64,000 nt of DNA from an uncultured cyanobacterium (GCA_963740315.1 CAVUDP010000002.1:2016001-2080000); one strand, 5' to 3'; shown: positions 22,545-33,277, counted from the stretch's first letter. Numbers and translations: made by a program. The notes: generated by a model from the letters alone, not told the origin.

Positions 22545-22778
22545 GTTGGGTTACGACGATAAGTTAATTAATTGATGAATAATTAAATCTTGTGGCGCGT
22601 CTAACCCAACCTACAACTAAGACTCAAAACAATATTAAACACCAAACGAAACAAGGCACTTTATTCAAAAATGTACGCCATCGTAATCTCGCATAAAATC
22701 AAAATGAGCAAGGTTGGGTTACGACGATAAGTTAATTGATTAATAATTAAATCTTGTGATGCGTCTAACCCAACCTAC
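22545..22778. repeat. two ~70-bp direct-repeat copies of a REP-like element (GTTGGGTTA...TAACCCAACCTAC)
   Basis: Copies at 22545-22614 and 22711-22778, each with terminal inverted repeats. Confidence 0.85.
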
Positions 22779-22788
22779 TACTATATCT

Positions 22789-24720
22789 TTAATTAGGATT
22801 GCCTTGAATAGTAGCTTGTGGTACTTTACCATTGCCATTTGCAGAATCAATTTGATTAGAAACCGATTTATTCTCGCTATCTATTAAAGGCAAACTAATT
22901 TTAACCGTAGTACCTCGATCGATTCCCGGACTTTCAAGAGTTATCGTACCTCCCATCAATTCGATTAAGTTGCGTGAAATTGCTAGTCCTAACCCAGTAC
23001 CGTTATACTTGCGGGCACTGTCTCCATCCACCATCATGAAGGGGCGAAATAGTTTTTGCTGTTGTTCGGTATCTATGCCTATACCCGTATCTCTGACGGC
23101 AACTGTTACCCAAATACCGTCACTGTGTTGAATTTCTGTGGTTATGGTAATGCTTCCTGTTTCGGTAAATTTTGTGGCGTTACCGATGACGTTGATTAAT
23201 ACTTGCTTGAGTTTGGCTGTATCGGCATTAACTATAATTTGCTCTTTTAAAGCGGGAATATTTAACTGTAAACCTTTCTGCTGAATATTAACCGATTGTA
23301 AAGTAACTACGTCGTTTATAACTTGGCGTAGATCGATTGGTTCGATCGCAACTGAAAGCTTACCTGCTTCTATGCTAGAAATATCGAGTAAATCGTTAAT
23401 AATCCCTAACAAATGAATCGCGGTATCATCCGCACGTTTGAGAAACTCCTTTTCTTCTTCTCTATCGTCGCACAAGTCATCTCGAACCAAACGTATGGAA
23501 TTGATGATGATGTTTAGGGGGTTTCTCAACTCATGGGAAGTTGTAGCCAACAAATGACTTTTGCTTTGATTGGCGGTTTTCGCATCTTTCCAAGCAATTT
23601 CCAACTCTTGTCCCCATGCTTTAAGTCTTTCAACCATTTGCGAGAGTGCGATTGCTAATTGATTGAACTCTCGAATGTGGAAATTATCGGGAACCGCTTT
23701 ATTTGTATCTCCTGAATGAATATTCAATGCATAATCGCGCAGTTGTTCAGCAGGATGCGCTAAATAACGAGCCACATACAGCGATGCTAATAAAGTCGCA
23801 CCAATCAACCCAATTGTTAAAACCAATAAAATTAACTTGATTTCCTTCAAACCGTACAAAGCATTATCTAAACTCGTAACAGCTAAGATTACCCATTTTT
23901 TCTGCCCACCATCAATTGGACTGTTAATAGCTGTATATCCTGCAAGTAACTCCTTACCCTCTTTTTCAAAAAATAAATTTGAAGAGTCAAAGCGTCCGGA
24001 TATCGCATTTTTGACAATTTTTTGCAGTTTTTTCCCATCTGTATGTTCTGCAATATTTGTACCTACCCGTTGAAAAATTGGGTGTGCCAAAATTGTTCCG
24101 TTTTCTGCAATTACTACCGTAGAACCTGTTAAAAATCCTGGATTATCTTGAATTTTCTCGTGCAATAGTTGCAATCGCATACTTAAGGTATAAAGTAATT
24201 TACCTTGAGTATCGTAAACGGGAGAAGACAAGTTAAGCTCTAGTAATGGTTGATTTTCTAAATTATTCGTTGTCGATTCTGTGGGAAAAATAGGTTGAAT
24301 TTGAACTTTATTTTGAGAAAACGAAAAATCATTCAAATTTGTTAATTTTTTACCACAATTGCCAGCAATAATTTTACCGCTATAGGGATTTGTTAATTGA
24401 ATACATTTTATTTGTCTGGGCAATTGTTGAGTTAACTGAGTAACAAATTGTTTTACCAACTGAGGTTTACCCGATTGAATAACCGACGTTTGAGAAGCAG
24501 TTAATAAGTTGCTTTTGAGCGCATCAATAGTATCTACAAGACTTTCTCCTTTGATAATGGCACTTTCGGTTAAATTTTGACGCGCAATTTCTATTAAACT
24601 AGAACGTGCTTTTTTATAGCCGACAAACTCACCTATCAATAAGACTGGTACTGATAGCAGTAATATCCTTGATACTAAAATTCGGCGAAATGATGATTGA
24701 CGACGATTCACCATTGGCAT
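22789..24720 (-). CDS. sensor histidine kinase (Cache-like periplasmic domain, HAMP, HisKA, HATPase)
   Basis: Two TMs; SHELRNPL, QVLINVIGNATKF, DTGIG and GTGLGL motifs. Confidence 0.93.
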   Translation of the reverse strand: MPMVNRRQSSFRRILVSRILLLSVPVLLIGEFVGYKKARSSLIEIARQNLTESAIIKGESLVDTIDALKSNLLTASQTSVIQSGKPQLVKQFVTQLTQQLPRQIKCIQLTNPYSGKIIAGNCGKKLTNLNDFSFSQNKVQIQPIFPTESTTNNLENQPLLELNLSSPVYDTQGKLLYTLSMRLQLLHEKIQDNPGFLTGSTVVIAENGTILAHPIFQRVGTNIAEHTDGKKLQKIVKNAISGRFDSSNLFFEKEGKELLAGYTAINSPIDGGQKKWVILAVTSLDNALYGLKEIKLILLVLTIGLIGATLLASLYVARYLAHPAEQLRDYALNIHSGDTNKAVPDNFHIREFNQLAIALSQMVERLKAWGQELEIAWKDAKTANQSKSHLLATTSHELRNPLNIIINSIRLVRDDLCDDREEEKEFLKRADDTAIHLLGIINDLLDISSIEAGKLSVAIEPIDLRQVINDVVTLQSVNIQQKGLQLNIPALKEQIIVNADTAKLKQVLINVIGNATKFTETGSITITTEIQHSDGIWVTVAVRDTGIGIDTEQQQKLFRPFMMVDGDSARKYNGTGLGLAISRNLIELMGGTITLESPGIDRGTTVKISLPLIDSENKSVSNQIDSANGNGKVPQATIQGNPN

Positions 24721-25164
24721 TCTCTAATAAGCATCTGCAAACCAAAACAGCAAGATAAAGGTTAAATAACCCGCGTTAATATACTTCCATTATTAAGTTG
24801 ATTATTCCGGTGGAGTCAAGTTATTAAATTGTTGTTAACCGTTGAGGGCGATCGCGAGGTAAATAGATTTTGGTAATAGGTAATAGGTAATTGGTAATTA
24901 ATATAGGATGAGTGCCTTACAATGTTTGTAGACAATTCTTTATTACACTTTAGCAAGCTTCATAATGGCGATAAGTATTCAACCACACATGATAAAATTG
25001 GCAATTTTTATGGTAAGTATTATTTTTTATATCGCAGTAGTTTAGGTACTGCTTTGTAAAAAATCAACTTTATTACACTAATTAGTATCCTCAGATAGAA
25101 GGTTTCTATTTATTGTTATTATCAGCTTTATAAATATCAACATCACCGAACTCAACCATTTTTG

Positions 25165-25860
25165 ATGACAAAACAAATTCGTCCTCATACCACAGTGGTT
25201 TTGGCAATGAGCGCAGATGGAAAAATAGCAGATGTTACTCGTTCTTCAGCTAGATTTGCATCAATTACGGATAAAGCACACTTAGAAAAACAAATTGCTT
25301 ATCGGGATGCTGTTTTATTCGGTGCTGGTACTTTACGCGCTTACGGTACGACTTTAACAGTATCGCATCCAGACCTATTAGAGCATCGAAAATCTAATGG
25401 TAAGCCACCCCAACCCATTCATATTGTTATATCTGATTCCGGTCAGTTAGAGCCAGATATACGCTTCTTCCAACAGCCAGTTGAACGTTGGTTAGTCTCA
25501 ACAGCTACAGGAGCGAGGTTTTGGCAAGACAGACGGGAATTTCAACGTATACTCGTATTTGAAACGGCAACAGGAAAAGTCGATCTTCGTGCAGCCCTGC
25601 TTTCTTTGACTACCTTGGGTATAGCACGGTTAGGAATTTTAGGTGGGGGAAAATTAGTAGCGAATCTTCTCAAATTAAATTTAATTGACGAAATGTGGCT
25701 TACTGTCTGTCCCTTAATTTTGGGTGGTGAAGATGCTCCCACGCCAGTTGAGGGTTCTGGTTTTTTAGCTGAAACTGCTCCAAAGTTGCAACTGCTGGAA
25801 GTTCGCACCGAAGATCGAGAAGTATTTCTTCATTATTGTCTGCAACAATTCCCAGATTAG
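25165..25860 (+). CDS. RibD C-terminal-like reductase family protein
   Basis: AMSADGKIA, GAGTLR, LGGG and IDEMWLTVCPLILGG motifs. Confidence 0.85.
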   Translation: MTKQIRPHTTVVLAMSADGKIADVTRSSARFASITDKAHLEKQIAYRDAVLFGAGTLRAYGTTLTVSHPDLLEHRKSNGKPPQPIHIVISDSGQLEPDIRFFQQPVERWLVSTATGARFWQDRREFQRILVFETATGKVDLRAALLSLTTLGIARLGILGGGKLVANLLKLNLIDEMWLTVCPLILGGEDAPTPVEGSGFLAETAPKLQLLEVRTEDREVFLHYCLQQFPD

Positions 25861-25906
25861 ATTACGCTTAATAAAGCTTTTGCTAAGTTTTGTGTCTTCA
25901 ACGAGC

Positions 25907-27091
25907 ATGGTGGAAAAAATCAAGCCGAGCTATTCTCTTAACTGGATTAACACAGTTGCTGAAGTACCCAAAGATGCTTGGAATGCTTTGGCGATACCGC
26001 TTCAGACTCCTTTTTTTGAATGGGATTGGTTAAACAATCTCGAATCTTCTCAAAGCGCTACTGCCCGAAGTGGTTGGTTGCCCAATCACTTGACGCTGTG
26101 GCGAGATAGAACGTTAATTGCTGCTGCTCCACTTTATATCAAAGGACATAGCTATGGAGAATTTGTCTTTGACCAACAGTGGGCAGATTTAGCTCATCGT
26201 ATTGGGGTGGAATATTACCCCAAAATGCTGGGGATGTCGCCGTTTACTCCCGCAGAAGGTTATCGATTTTTGATTGCGCCAGGAGAAGATGAGGATGAAA
26301 TAATTTCCTTGATACTGCGCGAAATAGATTCCTTTTGCAAAAAGCGGCGTATCAGTGGCTGCAATTTCTTGTATGTAGACCCCGATTTTCATGCAAAATT
26401 AGAACGTCAGGGTTTTACAGCTTGGCTGCACCATAACTATGTTTGGCAAAATAACGATTTTACAACTTTTGACGATTATTTAGGTGCATTCAACGCCAAT
26501 CAGCGTCGCAACATCAAACGCGAACGAAAAGCTGTCACAAAAGCTGGTTTGGAATTAAAACCATTTACTGGCGATGATATTCCCCAGGAATTATTTCCTT
26601 TGATGTACGATTTCTACGCCGACACCTGCGACAAATTTGGTTGGTGGGGTAGCAAATATCTTACAAAACGCTTTTTTGAATCGCTATACCAAAACTATCG
26701 TCATCGAGTCGTATTTTTTGCAGCTTATAGCGAAAATAATAGCCAACCCGTAGGAATGTCATTTTGCTTATATAAAGGCGATAAAATGTACGGGCGTTAC
26801 TGGGGTAGTTTTCAAGAAATAGATTGTCTCCACTTTGACGCTTGCTATTATTCACCCATTGAATGGGCAATTAAAAATAATATTCAAGTATTCGATCCCG
26901 GTGCAGGTGGAAGGCATAAAAAACGTCGCGGCTTCCCCGCAACTCCCAACTACAGCCTGCACCGCTTTTACGACAATCGTTTGGGACAAATTCTCCGTCG
27001 TTATATCACCGAAGTAAACCAACTCGAACAAAAAGAAATTGAAGCAATTAATGAAGAAATTCCCTTTGCACAAAGTAAAACCGAGGAATAA
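25907..27091 (+). CDS. GNAT/FemAB-like protein (DUF482 type)
   Basis: KGHSYGEFVFD, PFTP, YGRYWG, LHFDACYY and GAGGRHK..RGF motifs. Confidence 0.88.
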   Translation: MVEKIKPSYSLNWINTVAEVPKDAWNALAIPLQTPFFEWDWLNNLESSQSATARSGWLPNHLTLWRDRTLIAAAPLYIKGHSYGEFVFDQQWADLAHRIGVEYYPKMLGMSPFTPAEGYRFLIAPGEDEDEIISLILREIDSFCKKRRISGCNFLYVDPDFHAKLERQGFTAWLHHNYVWQNNDFTTFDDYLGAFNANQRRNIKRERKAVTKAGLELKPFTGDDIPQELFPLMYDFYADTCDKFGWWGSKYLTKRFFESLYQNYRHRVVFFAAYSENNSQPVGMSFCLYKGDKMYGRYWGSFQEIDCLHFDACYYSPIEWAIKNNIQVFDPGAGGRHKKRRGFPATPNYSLHRFYDNRLGQILRRYITEVNQLEQKEIEAINEEIPFAQSKTEE

Positions 27092-27253
27092 TTCGTAATT
27101 GGGCATGGTAGAAGGGGTATAGGGGGAGAAAAGAAATAATTTAAAACTCTAACTGTTCCCTATTCCCTGTTCCCTGAAAAAAAAGTAAAAGAAAGAATTA
27201 AACTGATTCTAGGTATGTCAAAACCCTTAAAATTGTAGTTTTTTTTAGTGATT

Positions 27254-27634
27254 ATGAATCTACGTGAAAATTTAACAGTAATTGATGATAAACTTTCTCA
27301 ACGACACATTGATTTAGATCCTGCCGGATATTTTATTATTTACATCGATCGCGAAGAAGGATTAATTTTTGCCAAGCATTTTACCAACATCATCGACGAA
27401 CGAGGTTTAGCCGTCGATCCAGAAACGGGAAAGGTAATTCCTGCTAAAGGAAAGGTACAGCGAACCCACACAATAGTATATTCTGGCAGAACCGCGAAGG
27501 AATTATCTGTAAAAATTTTAGAAGAAACTCAGCCCTGCCCCATAACCATGTTCGATCATGCTGCTTATCTAGGTAGAGAATTCGTCCGCGCCGAGATGGC
27601 TTTGGTGAGTGGACAGGAGTATGTTCAGGATTAG
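27254..27634 (+). CDS. DUF4346 domain protein
   Basis: LDPAGYFII, GRTAKEL and DHAAYLGRE...YVQD motifs. Confidence 0.85.
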   Translation: MNLRENLTVIDDKLSQRHIDLDPAGYFIIYIDREEGLIFAKHFTNIIDERGLAVDPETGKVIPAKGKVQRTHTIVYSGRTAKELSVKILEETQPCPITMFDHAAYLGREFVRAEMALVSGQEYVQD

Positions 27635-27862
27635 GAGATGGGGGAGAGGGGGAGATGGGGTTCGGGGGAGACAAGGGGACAAGGGGACAAGGGGACAAGG
27701 AGATGGGGAGAGGGGGAGAATAGAGCAGGGGAGGCTCAGTCGGCTCTTGAGGCAGGGGAAGAAAAGAATAAATTACTTCCTCCGCTCCCTCCGCCTTCTT
27801 CATCTCCCAACTCCCAACTATTACCTTTAACCTTTAACCTTTAACCTTTAACCTTTCCTCTT

Positions 27863-28593
27863 CTATCCTTCCGATGATGGTTGGAAAACCAAATAGATAT
27901 AGTATGTTGCCATCGGGATGACGGTGGCAGCAATCAATAATCCTACTACCCAAGCGGTAGCATTTGGGCGATCGGTTTCTTCGGCTTTGGTAAAGGTGCC
28001 TTCTGTTTGTACATCGTCGATAACTACTGGGGACCTGGATCTGGTTCCCCCGAAAGTACGGTAACTATACGTTCTTGTGCGTCTAATAAGGCTTGATTGT
28101 ATTTGTTACCGTTTCGCAATGGCACTAAAACAGTTTCTGACGCTACACTTTGGGCGATGTCATCGGACATTACAGATTTGACTTTATCACCCGTAACAAT
28201 GGCAGTACCGTTGGTTACGGAGTCGATCGCTAATAAAGTTTGATTTGATTGTGCTTCTTTTGTTGGAAACCATTTTTCAAATAGGGCTTTAGTAAAACTC
28301 TCAGGAGTTTCCCCATAATCTAAACGACGAATGGTAACTATCCGGACTTCGTTTCCTGTTTTCTTTGCCAATTCATCGAAGGCAGTACTAATTTTACCTT
28401 CATTAAAACGGCTGATTAAATCTGCTTCATCTACAACCCATGTGTCTGAAGTCAGGTTTGGAATATTATATACACCCGTAGCGAAAGCGGGTATCATAAA
28501 CGCGGAAGAAACGAATATCATTATCGCTACTGATAAAATCAGCTTTGCGATATATTTTTGCCAACTCAACAAGTGCTTGAGAAGCTGGTTCAT
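27863..28593 (-). pseudogene. psb32: TPM-domain photosystem II protein Psb32, -1 frameshift in C-run near 28030
   Basis: ORF ends PDPGPQ*. Adding one C continues PPVVIDDVQTEGTFTKAEETDRPNATAWVVGLLIAATVIPMATYY...SSEG* (243 aa, with the C-terminal TM). Confidence 0.8.
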
Positions 28594-28825
28594 AGCAAAA
28601 AACCACTATACTACTTTTCACCAAAAATACTACATAAGTATGGTCAAAGTCTCGTTTTTGTCAGGGTTTTCTATCGAAATACTTTTAAAATCGATTAATA
28701 CGAGTAAGAGTTATCTGATAAAAATCTTAATAATAGTTATTTATGGTGAACGAGGAGATTACTATTTTTATAAGGGATTGTTGAAAGCAATTCTCATATA
28801 TTATTGACATTTTTCTATTATTTAA

Positions 28826-29353
28826 ATGAATTATCTGATTACAGTTTATCCAAACCGCATACAGGTTGAAGCAGCTTATACTGCTCTGGAAAAAGAAGGT
28901 TTACCCACAGAACAAATTAGTATTTTAGGTGAAGGTTACAAAAGTACAGACGAATACGGATTGATTAACCCCAAGGAGCAAGCCAAGAATAACATACAAC
29001 GTCTTCGTTACTGGCTCATTCCTTTTGGTTTCGCTGTCGGTTATGCTTTCAATTTATTAACAAATATTAAAATAATTCCCGTAGATGGTATTATTAATCC
29101 AATTATTGCAGGCTTGTTAGGAGCGGCTTCTGGGGTATTAGGTGCTGTGGTTGTCGGCGATCGCGTCGGAGTTACGGTTGGTAATAAAGATGCTTTACTT
29201 TACCGCAGCCGTTTGGATGCTGGGAAGTATTTGATCGTTTTTCAAGGTACCGAAGAATTAGTTAAAAAAGCAACTAGCATACTTCATTCTTTTCAGCCTG
29301 AAAATATTCAAGGTTATGTAGAAATGGGGAATGGGGAGCAAAATGCGGAGTAA
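28826..29353 (+). CDS. conserved hypothetical membrane protein
   Basis: AAYTALEKEG...ILGEGYKS.DEYG, two Gly-rich TMs, YRSRLDAGKYL. Confidence 0.8.
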   Translation: MNYLITVYPNRIQVEAAYTALEKEGLPTEQISILGEGYKSTDEYGLINPKEQAKNNIQRLRYWLIPFGFAVGYAFNLLTNIKIIPVDGIINPIIAGLLGAASGVLGAVVVGDRVGVTVGNKDALLYRSRLDAGKYLIVFQGTEELVKKATSILHSFQPENIQGYVEMGNGEQNAE

Positions 29354-29462
29354 TCCTATAAATTGAGCTTTATAGAATTAACTAAAAGGTTTGCGGTAAG
29401 TGTCTTATCTTTTTATTTAACAGCTTAATTCACTTAATACAAACCCAAAATTTCTGTAAAAC

Positions 29463-30236
29463 TTATACAAATAATCTAAATCTTGATAAAAGATTTTCAA
29501 TGGTTTGCGGCAAAATGTTATTTAATTCCCTGCTATCTTTAAACTGCATGATTTGAGTTGCACTTAAGTCAAAAGGAAATTCTCCATGCTTATCCGGAGG
29601 CTGCATTTGTGCAATTAAAATTTGTGACGATCGCTTGCTTTGAATTGCATAACCGAGTTCAATACAGGTATTCGCACTAGGAACAAGCAAAGGTTTTTCT
29701 TTACCGCTATCAACGCTTGCAATTGGTGTCGCATCCGCAATAAATAATAAGCTCCTGCGAATTTTTCGCATCATGCTGCTTCCCAACCGCATCGGCGCAT
29801 CTTTTGGGCGAATTGACTCGATTAACTTTAACGGAAGTCGCGATCGCAAATTCAATTTATCCAAGCTATCGAGCAACCCTTCACGCAAAGCATCGCTAGA
29901 TTCGGGATATTCATTTTGATAGCTCAAAAAAATCGTTGGCTCCAATTGCGCTAACAAAGCCTGCTTCGTAAAATAAATCTCATGGCTAATTAAATCGATA
30001 TTGGCGACACAATAGCCACCACTACCTTCAACATAAAATTCAATCTCGTCCCCTTCCAGATAGCGCCGAAACCAAGTTGAATTTTTTACTACTTCGCTCT
30101 CTTCCAAAAAATCTGCTCTCAAAGCCGACTTCAACAGACTTTTTTTACTGATACGAATGTCTGGCTGACGTTTTTCCAACTCTGGAATCGGCTCATACTT
30201 CTCGACATACCAAGCTCTCAGAGCAATAATCGACAT
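29463..30236 (-). CDS. hypothetical protein with possible C-terminal NDT/TIR-like domain
   Basis: IFLSYQ, KIRRSLLFIADATP and PSANTCIELGYA pattern. Confidence 0.75.
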   Translation of the reverse strand: MSIIALRAWYVEKYEPIPELEKRQPDIRISKKSLLKSALRADFLEESEVVKNSTWFRRYLEGDEIEFYVEGSGGYCVANIDLISHEIYFTKQALLAQLEPTIFLSYQNEYPESSDALREGLLDSLDKLNLRSRLPLKLIESIRPKDAPMRLGSSMMRKIRRSLLFIADATPIASVDSGKEKPLLVPSANTCIELGYAIQSKRSSQILIAQMQPPDKHGEFPFDLSATQIMQFKDSRELNNILPQTIENLLSRFRLFV

Positions 30237-30525
30237 AATTAGCAGCTATTTGTTTTCTTGTCTCAAATATTCAACTTCGTACAAGCTTACACCGAAGTGT
30301 TACCCGAACAACATCGTCCGAATGTCATATAAATATCAACATTCGATTGCATTGCACTAACTTAAATTTTCATGAATTAACTACCTTAAGATAGTTGCAG
30401 CAGTTCTAAAATATAAATAATTCCTCACATTTATTCTATCTCCATTTATTTAAGATTTAGTACAATTATACTATAAAAAATCTGGAGACGCATGATTTAG
30501 AAAATAATTGATAATTGAGAATGGG

Positions 30526-31395
30526 TTAATCTTCTGCTGACAAAATTTCCTTTGCTCGTAAGATATCCTGCTGATGTTGTTCGGTGACAGTAGGATATGC
30601 CAATTCAAGTTCTTTTAACTTAGAACAGATAATATCAGCTACCACCATGCGAGTAAACCATTTGTGGTCGGCAGGAATAATGTGCCAAGGTGCCCAAGAG
30701 GTGCTAGTGTGGCGAAAAGCATCTTCATAAGCATTCATGTAATCGTCCCAGAAAGCACGCTCTCGGACATCACTTGATGAGAGTTTCCAATTTTTTTCTG
30801 GTGTTTCTATACGTTTCATAAAGCGTTCTTTCTGTTCAAGTTTTGACACATTCAGAAAAAACTTGAGAACAACAATTCCATTCTCCACCAAATATTTCTC
30901 AAAATTATTTATCTGTTCAAAACGTTGCTCCCATATATTATTTTTCTTTATATATTCGGGTAATTGTCGTTTTGCAAGTAACTCCGGATGCACGCGCAGC
31001 ACCAAAACTTCTTCATAATAAGAACGATTAAAAATACCGATTCTTCCTCTTTCTGGTAAAGATTTTGCACACCGCCATAAATAATCATGATCTAATTCTT
31101 CAGAGGAAGGTTGTTTAAAACTAAATACCTGACAACCTTGAGGATTTATACCAGACATCACGTGTTTAATCGTACTATCTTTACCAGCAGCATCCATTGC
31201 TTGAAAGATAATTAGCAGCGCGTGAGTATTTTGAGCGTAAAGAATATTTTGGTATTCCGCCAATCGTTCAATATCCTTGTGCAATTTTACCTTTGCACTA
31301 TCTTTTTGATGATATTCACCCGTAAAATCTGGATCGTAATCTTTTCTAAGAGAAATTTTAGAACCAGGTTGAACAATAAAAGCATCATGATTCAT
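30526..31395 (-). CDS. ppk2: polyphosphate kinase 2 family protein
   Basis: QAMDAAGKDSTI, FKQPS, IFNRSYYE and IPADHKW motifs. Confidence 0.93.
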   Translation of the reverse strand: MNHDAFIVQPGSKISLRKDYDPDFTGEYHQKDSAKVKLHKDIERLAEYQNILYAQNTHALLIIFQAMDAAGKDSTIKHVMSGINPQGCQVFSFKQPSSEELDHDYLWRCAKSLPERGRIGIFNRSYYEEVLVLRVHPELLAKRQLPEYIKKNNIWEQRFEQINNFEKYLVENGIVVLKFFLNVSKLEQKERFMKRIETPEKNWKLSSSDVRERAFWDDYMNAYEDAFRHTSTSWAPWHIIPADHKWFTRMVVADIICSKLKELELAYPTVTEQHQQDILRAKEILSAED

Positions 31396-31637
31396 AATCA
31401 ACTTACCGTAAAAGCATCTAAACTTCTAGATTAATGAGTATTATTCCCTAATTATCAATCAAGTAAAATAAAGCAACAAAACTTTTTATTTAGCAAATAG
31501 GGTATTTGAAGAGGGGGGAGAGGGGGAAGAGGGGGAGAGGGGGAAGAGGGGGAAGAGGGGGGAGATGGGGAGACAAGGGGAATTTTAACCTTTAACCTTT
31601 AACCTTTAACCTTTAACTTTTAACTTTTAACCTTTAT

Positions 31638-32123
31638 TTACCAGTCATCATCTAAGTTTTGCTTATTAATTGGACGCATTGCTTCTCTACCCAAGAGAAA
31701 CATTCCGGCAACGCCTAAAGAAACGAACCAAATATACTCACTCCAAAATGTTCCAATTTGTTGAGTTGGAGTCATTTCTGGATGTAGCGTAGTTAAAAAA
31801 AGTGCCAAAACAAGTATCATTAACGAACTGAATCCGACAAAGCTTAAACCAATCCGAATCCGAAAAGGACGCAATTCCCAATCGTTAATTTGATTTAGGT
31901 CTATTTGTGCTAATTCTTCTAAAGAATCTTCAGCAATATAAGAAGCATCTTCTAGATTTTCACTTAATTTCGGCGGTAAAATTGGTACTAATGCTTCAAC
32001 AACTGGACGACGCAGCAAAGCTTCGGTATTTCGCAATATTTTAAAAGGCTTGCTCGTAGAAGGCTCCGCAAATTCTAATTCTTCTGTATTTTTTTCAACC
32101 GGGATTTCACGCTTAAAATCCAT
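31638..32123 (-). CDS. hypothetical membrane protein
   Basis: 161 aa with two C-terminal TMs. Confidence 0.75.
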   Translation of the reverse strand: MDFKREIPVEKNTEELEFAEPSTSKPFKILRNTEALLRRPVVEALVPILPPKLSENLEDASYIAEDSLEELAQIDLNQINDWELRPFRIRIGLSFVGFSSLMILVLALFLTTLHPEMTPTQQIGTFWSEYIWFVSLGVAGMFLLGREAMRPINKQNLDDDW

Positions 32124-32311
32124 ATTTAGCCTCGTTGAAATATCGCCAATTACTTCTATTTCTAACTTATTTTTCTAAAAGTTGTCTGGATAAATGTAAT
32201 ACAGGTTAAAGGTTAAAGGTTAAAGGTCAAAGGTCAAAGGTCAAAGGTCAAAGGTTAAAGGTAATACCATTTTAGATTTTAGATTATGAATTGGTAATAA
32301 ATATAAATAAT

Positions 32312-32544
32312 GTAGAGACGTTGCACTGCAACGTCTGCCTGCACTGCAACGTCTGCCTGCACTGCAACGTCTGCCTGCACTGCAACGTCTGCCTGCACTG
32401 CAACGTCTGCCTGCACTGCAACGTCTGCCTGCACTGCAACGTCTGCCTGCACTGCAACGTCTGCCTGCACTGCAACGTCTGCCTGCACTGCAACGTCTGC
32501 CTGCACTGCAACGTCTGCCTGCACTGCAACGTCTGCCTGCACTG
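32312..32544. repeat. tandem array of 12 identical 18-bp units GCACTGCAACGTCTGCCT plus a 6-bp partial
   Basis: Units start at 32323 with period 18 through 32538. Begins inside a GTAGAGACGTTGCA-C-TGCAACGTCT palindrome; no spacers. Confidence 0.97.
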
Positions 32545-32619
32545 TGTACGCCGTCTCCCTATATTTCGATTTGTATCGAGAATTTATAAATAGAAAAGTA
32601 GAATTTACTAAAGCCCCCT

Positions 32620-32730
32620 TAAAGGATGTTTTCCAAATCGTAAATAAAACCACAAACTTTCAGATCCCCCTAAATCCCCCTTAAAAAAGGGGGATTAAAG
32701 TCCCCCTTGCTAAGGGGGGATGGGGGATCT
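32620..32730. mobile_element. truncated copy of the AGAGGATGTTTTCCAAGT MITE family
   Basis: Left end and internal GATCCCCCTAAATCCCCCTTAAAAAAGGGG match 57228-57300; right TIR absent. Confidence 0.7.
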
Positions 32731-33277
32731 AAATCTGCTGTAAATCCTTAAGTCGTGCCATTACATCTTGGGAATGAACGATAGGATTAACTTTGACAAA
32801 AGTTTCTCGTAAAATACCGTTTGGATCGATAATAAAACTGTGACGCATGGAAAAAAAGTTCATCCAAGAACCGTAAGCTTTACTTACCGCACCAGTTGTA
32901 TCGGCTAATAAAGGAAATTTTAATCCTTCAGAATCGCAAAATTCCGCGTGAGAATCAATATCGTCGGCACTGACACCAATAATTTCGGTATTTGCTTCTA
33001 AGTATTTTGGCAAATCTTCTTGGAAACGACGCGCTTCTATAGTGCAACCAGAAGTAAAATCCTGGGGATAAAAGTAAAGCACTACCCATTTACCGCGATA
33101 GTCGGAAAGGGAAATTTCTCCATCACCAGTATTGGTAGGTAAAGTAAATTTTGGCGCGGGTTGATTGACAGAAGGAAGTGTACCGCCCATTGCATTTGCA
33201 GCAGGAGTAAAATTTAGCCCTACAAAGAATACGAAGAAAGTGGCAAATAATATATTTAGAAAATTGCGGCGGTTCAT
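32729..33277 (-). CDS. bcp: peroxiredoxin (Bcp/PrxQ) with Tat-like signal
   Basis: RRNFL signal; LYFYPQDFTSGCTIEA, FPLLAD and FIIDP motifs. Confidence 0.9.
   Translation of the reverse strand: MNRRNFLNILFATFFVFFVGLNFTPAANAMGGTLPSVNQPAPKFTLPTNTGDGEISLSDYRGKWVVLYFYPQDFTSGCTIEARRFQEDLPKYLEANTEIIGVSADDIDSHAEFCDSEGLKFPLLADTTGAVSKAYGSWMNFFSMRHSFIIDPNGILRETFVKVNPIVHSQDVMARLKDLQQI

Noticed and set aside
27444..27844. ORFs rich in GDKGTRG / SPPLP (also 33940-34251 and 58612-58848)
   Set aside because: Translations of STRR arrays.
32279..32653. ORFs VQADVA-, QCRQTL- and HCNVCL-repeat; also possible CRISPR
   Set aside because: All are translations of the stop-free 18-bp array. No unique spacers and no cas genes.
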